Positions 46,461 to 57,986 of a DNA stretch of 64,000 bases are shown here, piece after piece (positions within the stretch are counted from its first letter, which is position 1; each line of letters opens with the position of its first letter). This DNA is from Nymphaea colorata (Eukaryota), in contig NC_045138.2 in assembly GCF_008831285.2 (NCBI RefSeq), positions 41,106,001 to 41,170,000 on the forward strand, given 5' to 3'. The translations under genes were made by a program, and so were the position numbers. The notes under the pieces are model-generated. The model made no database searches, was not told where the DNA came from, and saw nothing but the letters and a program-made list of their open reading frames with translations.

Positions 46461-46537
46461 GCTTCACCAGCCAAAACCTTAGCAGAGCCTCTCTCTCCAC
46501 AAGCCAAAACCCTTTTTGGAGGTTACTTGTCGTACCC

Positions 46538-46713
46538 TGTTGAAATAGTTGATTGTCATGATTTCATTATGTGACACTATCAAGGGGATTTCATTATGTG
46601 ACATTATCAATGGCTCACTAAATAAGTTGTTGAAATAGTTGATTGTCCTAATTTCATTATGTAACATTGTAGGGTTTACAAAAAGGGTTGTTGAAATAGT
46701 TGATTGTCTTGAT
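46538..46713. repeat. 63-bp minisatellite, right arm (~3 copies, one internally deleted)
   Basis: The same unit as 40687-41097 resumes immediately after the LINE. Confidence 0.92.
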
Positions 46714-48589
46714 TTTTTTTTTTTTTACTAAAACTATTCAGATCTTACTGCCCTATAAACTGCCACTAATCCTTTTGTGACAATGGTTAATATTTTGGTG
46801 ACATTTTCTTTACTTTATCAATCATGGCAACTCAGTTTCGCTTCACTGGCTGGACGTTGAGGTAACATAGTTGTTAATTCCAACTTAGTCTCGCTGCTTT
46901 ATGAAATGTTCACACTGATGACTTGATGGCTTCTTGCCATAAGAAACATTTGTCGTGTGATATGAATTATATAATGTATGTTATATGATGCAACAAATGC
47001 TTCTTTTGCAAGACCGTCATCAATAAGATCAAGTTGGAATTAATGACTAGGTGACCGCCAACACCCAACTAGAGAAGCGGCGTCATTGAGTTGACCAGAC
47101 TTAATGGGTTCGTGTGACTGCCAGGGCAAGTGGGCTGTAGGCTGGGGTGACCTAATATTCCTCTACATTAATAGTCATCCAGGTCAGGCTTATTACTAGG
47201 AACAGTTCCCGAGACCATATAACTAGGCAAGCTTTAATGTTCTGAAAACTTTTTCTGAAACGAGTCGAACTATTACTCGCTAAAGTTCAACTCTCAAACG
47301 AGTTCGAACCAAGTAATTTGCTTAACGAGTCGAGCTCGAGTTCACGAGTCGACTTATTTAAATAATCGAGTCGAGTTCGCTAATTTCTGACTATTAAAGC
47401 TCGACTCGGCTTGATTAATGATGTGTAGCGCCCGACTTATTTTTTAATTTAAAAAATCGGTTTCTAAACCCTTTGTCTCGGTTTGCTATTTTGTTCTCAA
47501 TCGTTTCAAAAAGGTTTTCCCTCAATGTAGAAACCCTTATTCGTAAGAAAACCCTTCATCCTTCAACTTCAACTGGTTTCAAGCAAGGCACTGCTGCTTT
47601 GATCTCCCCTTGTTTACTAGGGCCGTCGGCATTGGGTTCCGCCAGTCTGGTGACCCTGGTAGAACACCAGCAGCTCTCTCGTCGCAGTGAGCCAGTGAGT
47701 ACCTCTTTGCCCTTTTGTTCGCTCTATCGTATCAAAAATTTTTTCCCCAAACTGAATCGGAAGTCCACGTTACAGATTCGGCCAATGGACGATTCAGTAG
47801 TTCAGCCGAATCGGCAAAATACATTTTTATATTTATTAAAAAGCGGTCCTAAAATATATGAAAATAATTTAAATAAAAAACGTAAAACTATTTAAAAATA
47901 ATGAAGAAATTAGTGAGATTTGCCACCAATTGGATTTGACTTGGTTGGTTCAGAGCATGCGAACCCTGGACATCACCCCTGACCCTGATTAATAATGGTT
48001 GAAAACAATTCATATATCAAAGTCAAATCCTTCGTTGGCCCAACAATTATACAGGTCAAGCTGCATCCCGGCCAAGTTCTTGGGTTGCTGGGTCTCATTC
48101 AAGGCATCAAACGGTCAATCCTGAGCCCAAGAATGATGTAGGTGTTTAGTCAATGGGCCCTGCCGCTTTGATGGAAAATCTTGACATATTCTCCTTCTTT
48201 TATGAATGACATGGGCCCGGAAATTAAATCGCCGGCATGATATCAACAATAGTCGTTGAAAATAATCGATCGGAAGCCGGCGAGCATTGGATTGGCAGGC
48301 CATGCACAATTAGTCATATAAAATTTGTGGGTAGTGCACCTGGTTGGACTGGTGCGCAAAAATAACAAGTGTTTCATTCAATTATGACAATTGTGCCATA
48401 TGGAGAGGAGCAAGTACCAAGATGAAAATGTATGGTCTTCTTTAGGCATCAACACGACTCTGGACCCAAAAGCAAAGAAACACAGGGTTTCGACCTTTTT
48501 TTGGTAGGTTGTACTTATTTCCCTCACCTAAAAAGGTTGTTTGCTTATCATACTTGATATATAGAAAATATTGAAAGGATAGTATATTT

Positions 48590-49141
48590 GGGTCCACAGA
48601 TTTTGTGAGCTTAATAAGTGAACTCATTTTAAGAGAGGATTCCGGTAGCCCTCAGGGTTTGGCGCAATGGTCCGGTGGGGGCAAGTACCTTGTTTCGGAA
48701 TTCAGTAGGCCGTGAAGCGCAACCAGAACTCTTATGCAACCTGCATTTTGCCAACTTGCATAAATAATAACATGGCAAATTTAATGCCAAATGTAGTTTA
48801 TGATTCTATACAAGATGTGCACCCAAAATTTGAAGCCAGTGGAAATGGGTTCTATTAATATCATATATTCCACTCCAGATCTTTAGTAACTAGAGATAGA
48901 GAGACAGAGTTCCAGGCCAAGTTCAACTTGTTCAACTAAGAAAAAAAGAAAAGGAACAAACCTTGGCCACTTTAATGGTGACAAGTTGATGTGGTTTTTA
49001 AAAGATGTGTAGCCAAATTTGAAACCAGCAGAATGGGTTCTATTAATATAATCTTTGCCAACTCAATGATGTAGACAAACACTGAATATAGTGGAATGGG
49101 TTCTATTAATATTTTCTGTTCTTTTCTGGACCATTGCCAGC

Positions 49142-49210
<69 letters not shown>

Positions 49211-52200
49211 GGAGAGAGTGAGAGGAAGAGAGAGAGAGAGAGAGAGAGACTGCATCAATGACGAGGAGCAAAACCTAAGGAAGTATTTGTCTCAGAAAAT
49301 TAGAGTCATACCTTGGAAAGGAACCAAACCATAAATGGATTTCTTTGTGAGTGGCCCAACTTGCCAAGTTGGATTCTCAATTGTCAAGCATTTAACCTTA
49401 TGGAGATTGTGGATAAAAAACGGTCTTGGATCATAGATCCATCTGGCCAGACCCGGTTTATTAAACTTAGGGAGGAGCTGGTAGTGGTAGGAGCAAGGAG
49501 CTCGATCAACTAAAGAATTTGCGTTTGCAAAGGAAAACCCGGCAAAAACTCTGTTTTTCAAGGGGCATAACATAACTGGTCGAGCAGGTAGTGTGTGGAA
49601 GATATATTGTGAGTTTGATTTCCATAGAATGTATTCTTTTGAGACTGCAAATGGTGCGAAGGATGTACCTTACCCCACCTAAGTCCCCAATGCAGTCCAG
49701 AATCCCGAAAGCAGCGGGAATTCAAAGATTTTTAGGCCAGTTAGTTGTTAACCTCCTACTCGCCAATAAAAATCGGCATCTCATCAACACCGGAATAACA
49801 TTTATATCCGAACCCAGGATGACTATGTGAACATAAACTTGATCATAATTAAAAGAAAAAGTTTTCATTTGATTGTAGTTATGTTTGATGAGACTATAGA
49901 ACTTAAATACTATTACATGATAAAAAACTCCTGTTGCTCTGGATCTTGACATGAGCAACTACACACTTTTGAATGAAAGGCCTTTGTTTTCTTTTCTTTC
50001 TAGTATGTCCTTTGTGCAAATAATTGCAGCCGGTAGCGAAGCCACGATTGTGACTGCTGTAGGCAATCGCCACACCAGCCCACAGAATTTGCTTTATTTA
50101 TATTTAGATATTTTATTAATTTTCAGTTTTTTTTTATATGCGAGTGTCCCTTAAGGTTTGAAATTTAAAATGTCAATACCACTTAGTCTGAAATTTCTCT
50201 GCAACTGATTGCAACCCTTATCATATTCCTGATTCATCATAATGTCATTGAAGATATGGTTGAAAGGACACCGTGGTAGACCCAAAATTTTTTCATGAGG
50301 GGAGCCGAATTAAAGCTGCTGCCAACCTTTGGGAACCCCTACCATTGATTTTATCGGCCGGCCCCACGAAAGACATACTTTCGGTGATCTGAACTTTCTT
50401 AGTTTCTAGCTTAAGTGCTGGTCTGGGAAATATTTGTTCTTATATATATGGATTGGTATGTCCCAGACCACTTATGTCAAGAATAAAAACTAGATCGCTT
50501 ATTTTTTTGCTAAAAGATATTTTAAACATGTGAACATTCCAATGTGTTTATATATACTTATTTGTAAAAACAAACATTGATTTTTCCCATATTAAAAAAC
50601 TTGATGTTATAAGAGCCATCCATTTTCTACTACTATAGAAAATGTTAAACTTAAAAAAATACTATCTTAGTATATTTTTTTAACGAACCATGATGGAGTT
50701 CAACTTGATTGCAGATATTTTGCCCCGCTGCAAGTGTCGACATATGGGCACCATCATATAAAAATATGGGAATGTTAGTTTATTTGTGTCCACAGATTTT
50801 GTGAGCGTAATAAGTGAAGTCATTCACAATTTCACATCGTAAATATATGGTTGCAAACATTATCGATTCACTTAAAAGCGTGATTTCCGAAGTACAATTA
50901 TAAATTGGCAGGAGTGTGTACCTTGTTTCCGAATTCAGTAGGCCGTGAAGCGCAACCAGAAGTCTTCTGCAACCTGCATTTTGCCAACTTGCTCTTGCTC
51001 CATAACATGGCCAATTTAATGCCAAATGTAGGATATGATTCTATACATGATCTGCACCCTAAATGGCTTCTATTAATACGCAGAGATGGAGAGAGAGTCC
51101 CAGACCAACTTTTGAAGACGTGTAGCTAAAATTTGAATGTACTGGAAAGAGTTCTATTAATATTATGTGTTCTGTTCTGGATCTTTGCCAACTTTTGAGA
51201 GAGAGAGAGTCCCAGACCAACTTTGAAGGGCCTGTAGCCAAAATTTGAATGTACTGGAAAGAGTTCTATTAATATTATATGTTCTGTTCTGGATCTTTGC
51301 CAACTTTAGAGAGAGAGAGAGGGAGATAAATAATGCCAAATGTAGGATATAGTTCACTAAAAGGTGTGCAGCCAAAATGTGGAACTAGCAGTATGGGTTC
51401 TATTGATATGATTGCTCTGTTCTGGAATCTTTGCCAACGCAGAGTGGGTTCTCTTGATATATTGTTCTGGTATGGAATCTTTGCCAACTATCAAAAATTG
51501 AATCTCATGGATTGGGTTTCGTCAATATGATAGAGTCATAGAGCTATAAATTTTTAGTTAAGGAACAGTTGATTCACCAACCTCTGATGTGGGCATTGCA
51601 TATGGCTGGAGGATGGTTTAACTTCATCACAGTGGAAGTATTGAAGGGCTGGTGCGAGCAGTGGCCTACAGTGGCCAACACATAGCTTTACTATTGTATC
51701 ACGTGTCTACCTACACCATACATCATTTGAAGAGAGAGAGAGAGAGAGCTGTTTCTGGTAGGACATTTTTGGACGCATTCATGGCGCAAGCAAAACTATA
51801 AAGTCTTTTTGTGTAAAGTTCTATATTAGTAGGGTTTCTCACATCTTAGAAAAAAGGCCGAAGCTTCCACCCAACCCATTACCCTCTTAAAGTACATGGT
51901 CTTCTTTCGGTATCTTAAGGTGCCGTCCTCACCATGCTTCAGTTTACACGTCAGCAGCCTTTTGCTTGCAACACTAAGGGTTGATGCCATAGAGATTCGA
52001 AACGGAAAATGACTGCCTACTGGTCCCTGCCCCGACAGTTGCGCCAACGCCATTGAAAATATTTTCCTTATAAAATTAGGGTTGTAACTTTGAAAGAGAC
52101 ACAAACTATACCGTTCACTCCATAAGTGGCCAAGTTGGCTTCTTAATTAATTTATGCTGAATGAATTGAAAATGTCCAAATCAAAGGTTTGGATCAGAGA

Positions 52201-52310
52201 CCCATCTGACCCAAACCCGGTTTAGTTGAAGACGTTGAGGAGGTCGGACTGTGGAAAGGCTCGGTCATTAACAAATGAATTTGTGCTTGCAAAGAGAAAT
52301 TTCCTTCAAG
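48590..52310. repeat. local diverged tandem duplication (48590-49545 vs 50787-52310) with internal ~115-bp (GA)n-containing repeats
   Basis: Shared blocks: GTCCACAGATTTTGTGAGC (48592/50789), GTACCTTGTTTC.GAATTCAGTAGGCCGTGAAGCGCAACCAGAA (48685/50918), and TGGATCA.AGA.CCATCTG...ACCCGGTTTA (~49427/~52190). Confidence 0.8.
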
Positions 52311-52867
52311 AGGGAAAATTCGGAATACACCATGACAAAGCTCACGGTATAAAATGGCAGCAGTGAGGCTCGATCCAGGGTCTTCAACTCCTGAGTCCTT
52401 CTTTACTTCATCACCTCTTTCACAAGGAAAAGATCCCTAAGAAATTTGGCATGTATGGATGTATTTTCACATATATCAATGTTCCTATCAATGAACCAGA
52501 TTTGGAAATCTGAGCAAAATGCTTCAAAACAATTGGATGTGAAAAAAAGATTTAACATCCGATTAAGAAATTATATCAGATTTGGATTAAAAAATGGCAT
52601 TCCATTGGACAAACTCAATTTCAGACAAATATCATGTATCAAATAATCCACACATTTGGCAAGTCAGTTTTTAACATATCATAATACAGTTCAGATTCCA
52701 TTGTGTATTCAAAAGTAAGATTTGGTTTTGGATGTGAAAACAAAAATTGGTTTCAAACCTCATTTGGAGTGTGAATTTTAAAAATCAGATTGGGATTTTT
52801 CATTGAACATTTCAAAAATGGGTTATGCAATTCAGATCTCATCCATTGACAACATCCGTAAGACCAA

Positions 52868-52913
52868 AGCAATGGCAAGAAAATTAGCAATGGCAAGAAA
52901 ATTAGCAATGGCA
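52868..52913. repeat. 18-bp tandem repeat AGCAATGGCAAGAAAATT, ~2.5 copies
   Basis: Read directly. Confidence 0.85.
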
Positions 52914-53068
52914 ATGACAATCTTGGCAAAAATCTTGAGCTTCCAAATTTTTTTACTTCTAGACTGGGATGTTAAGAAATCCTTCTGAAGAATTTTAAAG
53001 GGAGGAGGTCCATGGAGGTCCTAGGCCAAGACTTTGGTGGAATTATAAAGGGAAATGAAGCTTGGAAG

Positions 53069-53233
53069 TAGGGGCAAAGTCATAATTTTTTTGTCGCTGT
53101 GGCCAAACTATAGTTTTAAAATTTGAACAAAGCCCAAAATAGAATTTTTCAATTTTTTTTTTAAATCCAATAGAGCGGGTTGGGTGCGAAGGCAAGGCAT
53201 CTGCTGCCCCTCCTCCCCTTACCTACACCCCTG
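53069..53233. mobile_element. hAT-type MITE with a perfect 8-bp TSD
   Basis: Termini TAGGGGCAAAG...ACACCCCTG, with TSD CTTGGAAG at 53061-53068 and 53234-53241. Confidence 0.8.
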
Positions 53234-53253
53234 CTTGGAAGCACCCCATGAAT

Positions 53254-53429
53254 TAGGGGGGGGCTAGGCCATGGCCCCGCCCCAACCAATGATTTTTTTT
53301 TACATTGGAAAAAATAATATTTTTTAATTACGTAATGCAATTTTTGTATTACAATTCAGTTTGGGTCTACCCAGATCCAGAGGTCAGACTGCCAGCCCGC
53401 CCTTGAAGAAAATCCTGGCTCCGCCCCAG
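53254..53429. mobile_element. hAT-type MITE
   Basis: Termini TAGGGGG...CTCCGCCCCAG; flanks CATGAAT / CACGAAT. Confidence 0.6.
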
Positions 53430-55942
53430 CACGAATGAACCATGGATATGAGGGCACATGAATGATATATTTGTCTGTGAACAGATAAATATTAAATATT
53501 TAAAAGCCAGGGCTAAACACAACATAAACCGTCGTTAAGAACACCGTAAACTGTCACTATAACAATAAAAAGATATCCAATTACAATCTTGAGACATTAT
53601 GAGTAAGTCAATATCCTATGCTTATTGCTGTCCATTTTCAAAATATATCAATTTATACGATACTAATTTTGAATATTTGGCATTTTAACTTGCATAAATA
53701 CGTAATATCATGAAGATTAGGAAACAAAGGAATTCTTTTTTCTTGGCCAATGTACTTTTCTATCTTTGACAAAGGAAAAACCGTCAAAGGTTTGCATTCA
53801 TGCTGGATCCAGATTTTCTACCGAATCGGACATATGAAATAACATTAAGATTCGGGCTCGAATTCAAATTCTGTCTTATAAAGTATAATTGGGTTAGGCT
53901 TTTATAATTGGATCCCAGTCAGATAGATATCAAGTTCAGATTCAGTTTTGAAACTGCACACCAAATAACAAGCATACTCGAGTGTACTTCTTTTGCTAGA
54001 TCCACATAAACAGATAAGAAACTGGATATGTCGGATCCATTTAAATCCCCACACGAGTCTTGGAAACACTAACAAGTGCAGAAGCTCAAACGCTATAGAA
54101 TCGTCCCTTCAAATGATACCCATCTTGTCTCTTGAGAAAGAATTAGATCTGTGGAAAATATCTTTGGTCTCCGGTTCCTGTAATTCTGTATATCAAAATG
54201 TTCAACATGAAAACCACTTGTGATGCAGGGAAAGATCCAGGTGTTGTCTTGTGTATGCAGCTGCCCACCCCAGCCCGTATAATATATTTTATTTACATAT
54301 TGGTTTCATAGTGGTGAACAGAGAGTTCAAGAAGCCCACTGCCCGAAAGAGAAGCCATAGGCCTCCTTTGTCCTCCAAGCTCCCGGGATTTGAGCTTGCT
54401 TCAGAACCAATATAGAGCCAGAATTGCTTCACATAATTTACTGTGTTGCATATTACTGCCCCTCAAATGTAAGATTTTTTGCATTTCTTGAATCCAGCCA
54501 CAAATTTCAGGTTCTGGTTCTGATGCTTGCTGTGGTGGGTTTTGTATGATCTTTCTTGAATCTAACTAAGTGCACAAAAAAACACAAAATTACACAATAA
54601 AAGTTTGAATCTTGAAGTTATATTTAACCATATAGATGTAATCTTTATGCTTCTTAATTTCTACTCGAGTACCATGGCATGGGAATGCTTAAAACTAGCT
54701 TGCCGTGGAGAATAGATGAATGCAATCTAGACTCCAAAGTTTTCCTTCGAAAGTTAACGATATAAATATGTTTTTTATATTTTTAATGCAAGGGGATACC
54801 CAGCATTTATCAGCATCGATACTGTGCACCGCTACTTCTGTCTTTTCAAAATATAATTGCACATATTTTGTTCTATAGAGAATAAATTCAATCGACGTTT
54901 CAAAAATGTAATTCCGCACAGATATTGCACTTAATATCTTGCGTGATAACCTCGGTTCAGTTGGAGATGAACCTGCATATTCTGGATGGAGCAATTTTTT
55001 GAGAATATTTTTACCAGATTATGCCAAGAAACATGCAATGCGAGCACATAACTCTTGATCTTCTTTAGCTTGAATGTTTTAGCTGGCCGTAGATCACCAA
55101 CAAAATTAAGCAAAATCATGAATTTACTTTAGCCTTGTAACTCATATTCCTTGAGGGCCTGAACACTGTCTCAACAGCGCATGATGATAAGCAAACGGTG
55201 GACGAAGCATCTGTGGACGCTTGCTCTGTTGGTTTCTGAACGCTCCCCTCGAAGCCCAACCCCTGCATAAGTTTGAAGCCTTCAAATTGCGTTGAGAAAG
55301 TCGGAGAGACATAATTGTGACTTGTCCATTAGAGTATAAGGTGAAAAGTACTAGTAAACTTATAAGCCTTCAGAAGAATGTTGTGTCCTCAGAATCACAT
55401 TCCTATAACATGCACTCAAAGAAAACACAATTTTCTTCTTGTTTCCAAAAACTTTGTATAGATAGATCTAGCATTTGATTGATCTAAGAATCACGTCCAT
55501 GATCATATTATTTTTCCTATAATAAGAACATAAAGCCCTTTGAGAACTGTGTTCCAAGAATACTTCTGATCAGAACGCTGGTGTTCTTATGATCAAATGG
55601 GTGCGTTCTCGTGTTCCTTGAAGTGCTCTCCCATGTTATGGGACCCAGCCAAGTGAAGTACCCAATGAACCTTATGCACCCCGATAGGCATAGCGTAGGC
55701 GGATAGGTGAAAGTTCAACCGTCAATTTCATTCTCATGGGCACTACTCTTCTAAACTATAAATTGTAGATGCACAACACTCTTATAGACGGGTGTCTCGC
55801 TCCCCACCCATATGAAGCAACACTTGACCTCAGGGATAGTAGGAGGCGTTTCTGCCTTATTGCATAATCTCCACTCGGACGGTAGGGCCCACTAGACTCT
55901 AGGGCACTTTGTATTCTCTGCAATTATCAGTACCCTCGCCGA

Positions 55943-56135
55943 TAGGGGCGGAGGGAGGGGGCGCCCACCTAAGCCGTGGCCGCACCCCAACTAATTCAAA
56001 AAAAATTTACATTACAAAAATTGAAAATTTTTAGTTGCATAATGTATTTTTTAGATTCGGGTTTAGTTTGACCCTACCCGATAAGTTCATCGGACCATTT
56101 GACCACCCCTAAAAAAAATCCTAGCTCCGCCCCTG
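55943..56135. mobile_element. hAT-type MITE
   Basis: TIRs TAGGGGCGGAG / CTCCGCCCCTG; 8-bp TSD CTCGCCGA / CTCGCCGG. Confidence 0.8.
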
Positions 56136-57808
56136 CTCGCCGGCATACACAACCTGAAGTTGTTGTATGCATCTCCAACTGTGGAAGTTCTTCAATGTCG
56201 AGTTTGATGCCGTTTCCATGGAAATTCCATTGTCTTCTGTAAAGGGTTTTCTTTGTCCAAGTGGGCTTTCATTTAAAGTATAATTATTTGTTTGGTAAAG
56301 GTGAATGCCCCTCTACTCCTTGATAGGCGGCCAGTTGCTTGTTCAAATCTTAGTAGCGCCGAGCCATGCCTCGACTGCAGGAGCAAGGGAACAATCTTGG
56401 AGGTTTTATCTAAGCAAGCAACAAAATCTCCATATCATGTACTCCAAATTGAGAGAGACATTGAGGAAAATGAAAAATACTACTTTCTTAGATTCATGAA
56501 CCAAATTCGATTCAGTTCTATAACTAAACCCACCCAGCCAAGTGTTTAGAGAACTTTTGTCCACAAAAGCGAAAGCCGACACTATCTTCTAAGAGTGCAA
56601 AATTCGCCGGCCCTACCTGCGATTCACGATACGCCCACGACCAGTCCGACCTGATCCACGTCATTTTGATGTATGGGGTCCAGCTCTAGAGAATAGGATC
56701 CAGTGATGGACATGAGCTGCATGGCAGCACCCACCATTGATGCCCACTGATGGCTACATGGCCGAGAAGGCCAAGGAGAACTATTGAGCAACAGGATGTG
56801 CCCATGGACCCACTGTCAATTCTGGGCGCGCCTTTGGAACAAGCCCACATGGGCCTGAGCTCAAGTCCATTGAACCTTTTGTTTCACGCTAGCTAGTCCG
56901 CATCAAAGCCATTGCCAAGATTTTGTTGTTCCTCTGTCTAAAACATATCACGATCAATTTGGATTCTCTTTGGCCATAATTCTGGTCCTAAACAAGCAAA
57001 AGTTTGGAGACGAAAAATTATTAGTAGTTTCTCCTTTATGAAATTTTACTTTTCTATAATTTAAAATATTATATTGATTGAATTGTAGAAAGCAAAATTA
57101 ATGACCTTATTTTGGGGAGATGCTTTTCATGGATTGAATTTATCACACTGGTTTGAATCCAAAAGATTGTACCATTTTGTCATTGAGGGTCTAATATAGA
57201 TCTGTATCATATATAATCTGTCTCATGATCAAATTTAAGATTGGATCCACAAAAAGTGATCCATGATCTGATTCTCGCATGGAAACCCGATTTGCTCGGA
57301 TTCAAGCCAGCAAAATGGACTCATGAGGCAATTGTCCTTAGACTTCCATAGAAGAGTAGGCAGCATGTTGGATAATTTCTGACCTATGCAAGAGTTTGTC
57401 AAATCCAGAGTCTCGCCAAAGACTTGACCAGGCCAACCTAGCCCAGTCCATGGTGGGCCTGGATTTGCGTGGACCTGGCAACCCAGTGAGAGCCACAATT
57501 GACTTAAGATGCAGGTTACTGGATGGTTCAAAATAAGCAGAGTTATTTTGAGCTGATGATATGGGATATTTCTGCATGTAGACTTTTTGTCCCTAATCTC
57601 CGAAGAGGTCCCAAAGTCCAGATTTTCTTTCATACCAGCCAAATATTTTTTCGTCCCAATCTTTGGAATATATTCATGAAACAATTACAAACTGTTCAGT
57701 TTGTCAAACGGGCTCTTAGTATAATACATGTCAAAACATTCACTCTACTGCTTCGGTTTCTGGCATCCCTTTCATTTACTAGTAACTATGTACGAGTCAA
57801 ACCTCCGT

Positions 57809-57986
57809 GTTTGCGTTTGATTACCATGGATCTTAGATCCGAGGTTTTCAAGTCCAACCCTCTCCCCCCACATTTTTTACATTAAAGGGTACTTGAAATC
57901 CGCATTCGGGTACATGCTGTTGATTCCAGCTATCATGGATTTGAGATGCCCTCGGGTCTAAGATCCGTGGGGAATCAAACGCAACC
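57809..57986. mobile_element. Tourist-like MITE with ~34-bp TIRs
   Basis: TTGCGTTTGATTACCATGGATCTTAGATCCGAGG and CCTCGGGTCTAAGATCCGTGGGGAATCAAACGCAA are near reverse complements. Confidence 0.7.

Larger units (their letters stand above)
41098..46537 (-). mobile_element. L1-clade LINE (non-LTR retrotransposon), 5'-truncated and decayed
   Basis: ORF1 remnants: WIRLPNLP, FARTRVE and the zinc knuckle CRFCSVNSHPPNKC. ORF2 from 45235: EEP endonuclease (WNIRGL, GDFN, RLD, SDH), RT (PGRSITENI, KIDFSKAYDKVNW, RGLR*GDPMS, FADD, YLGV), then zf-RVT/RNase H-like fragments. Flanked by a ~20-bp direct repeat, 41078-41097 and 46538-46557. Confidence 0.93.

Noticed and set aside
40687..46713. Regularly spaced repeats as a possible CRISPR array
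   Set aside because: The units are head-to-tail with no unique spacers, there are no cas genes, and the context is eukaryotic.
57235..57885. Overlapping 120-149-aa ORFs
   Set aside because: No recognisable domain or splice structure, and one runs into a MITE; most likely chance ORFs.
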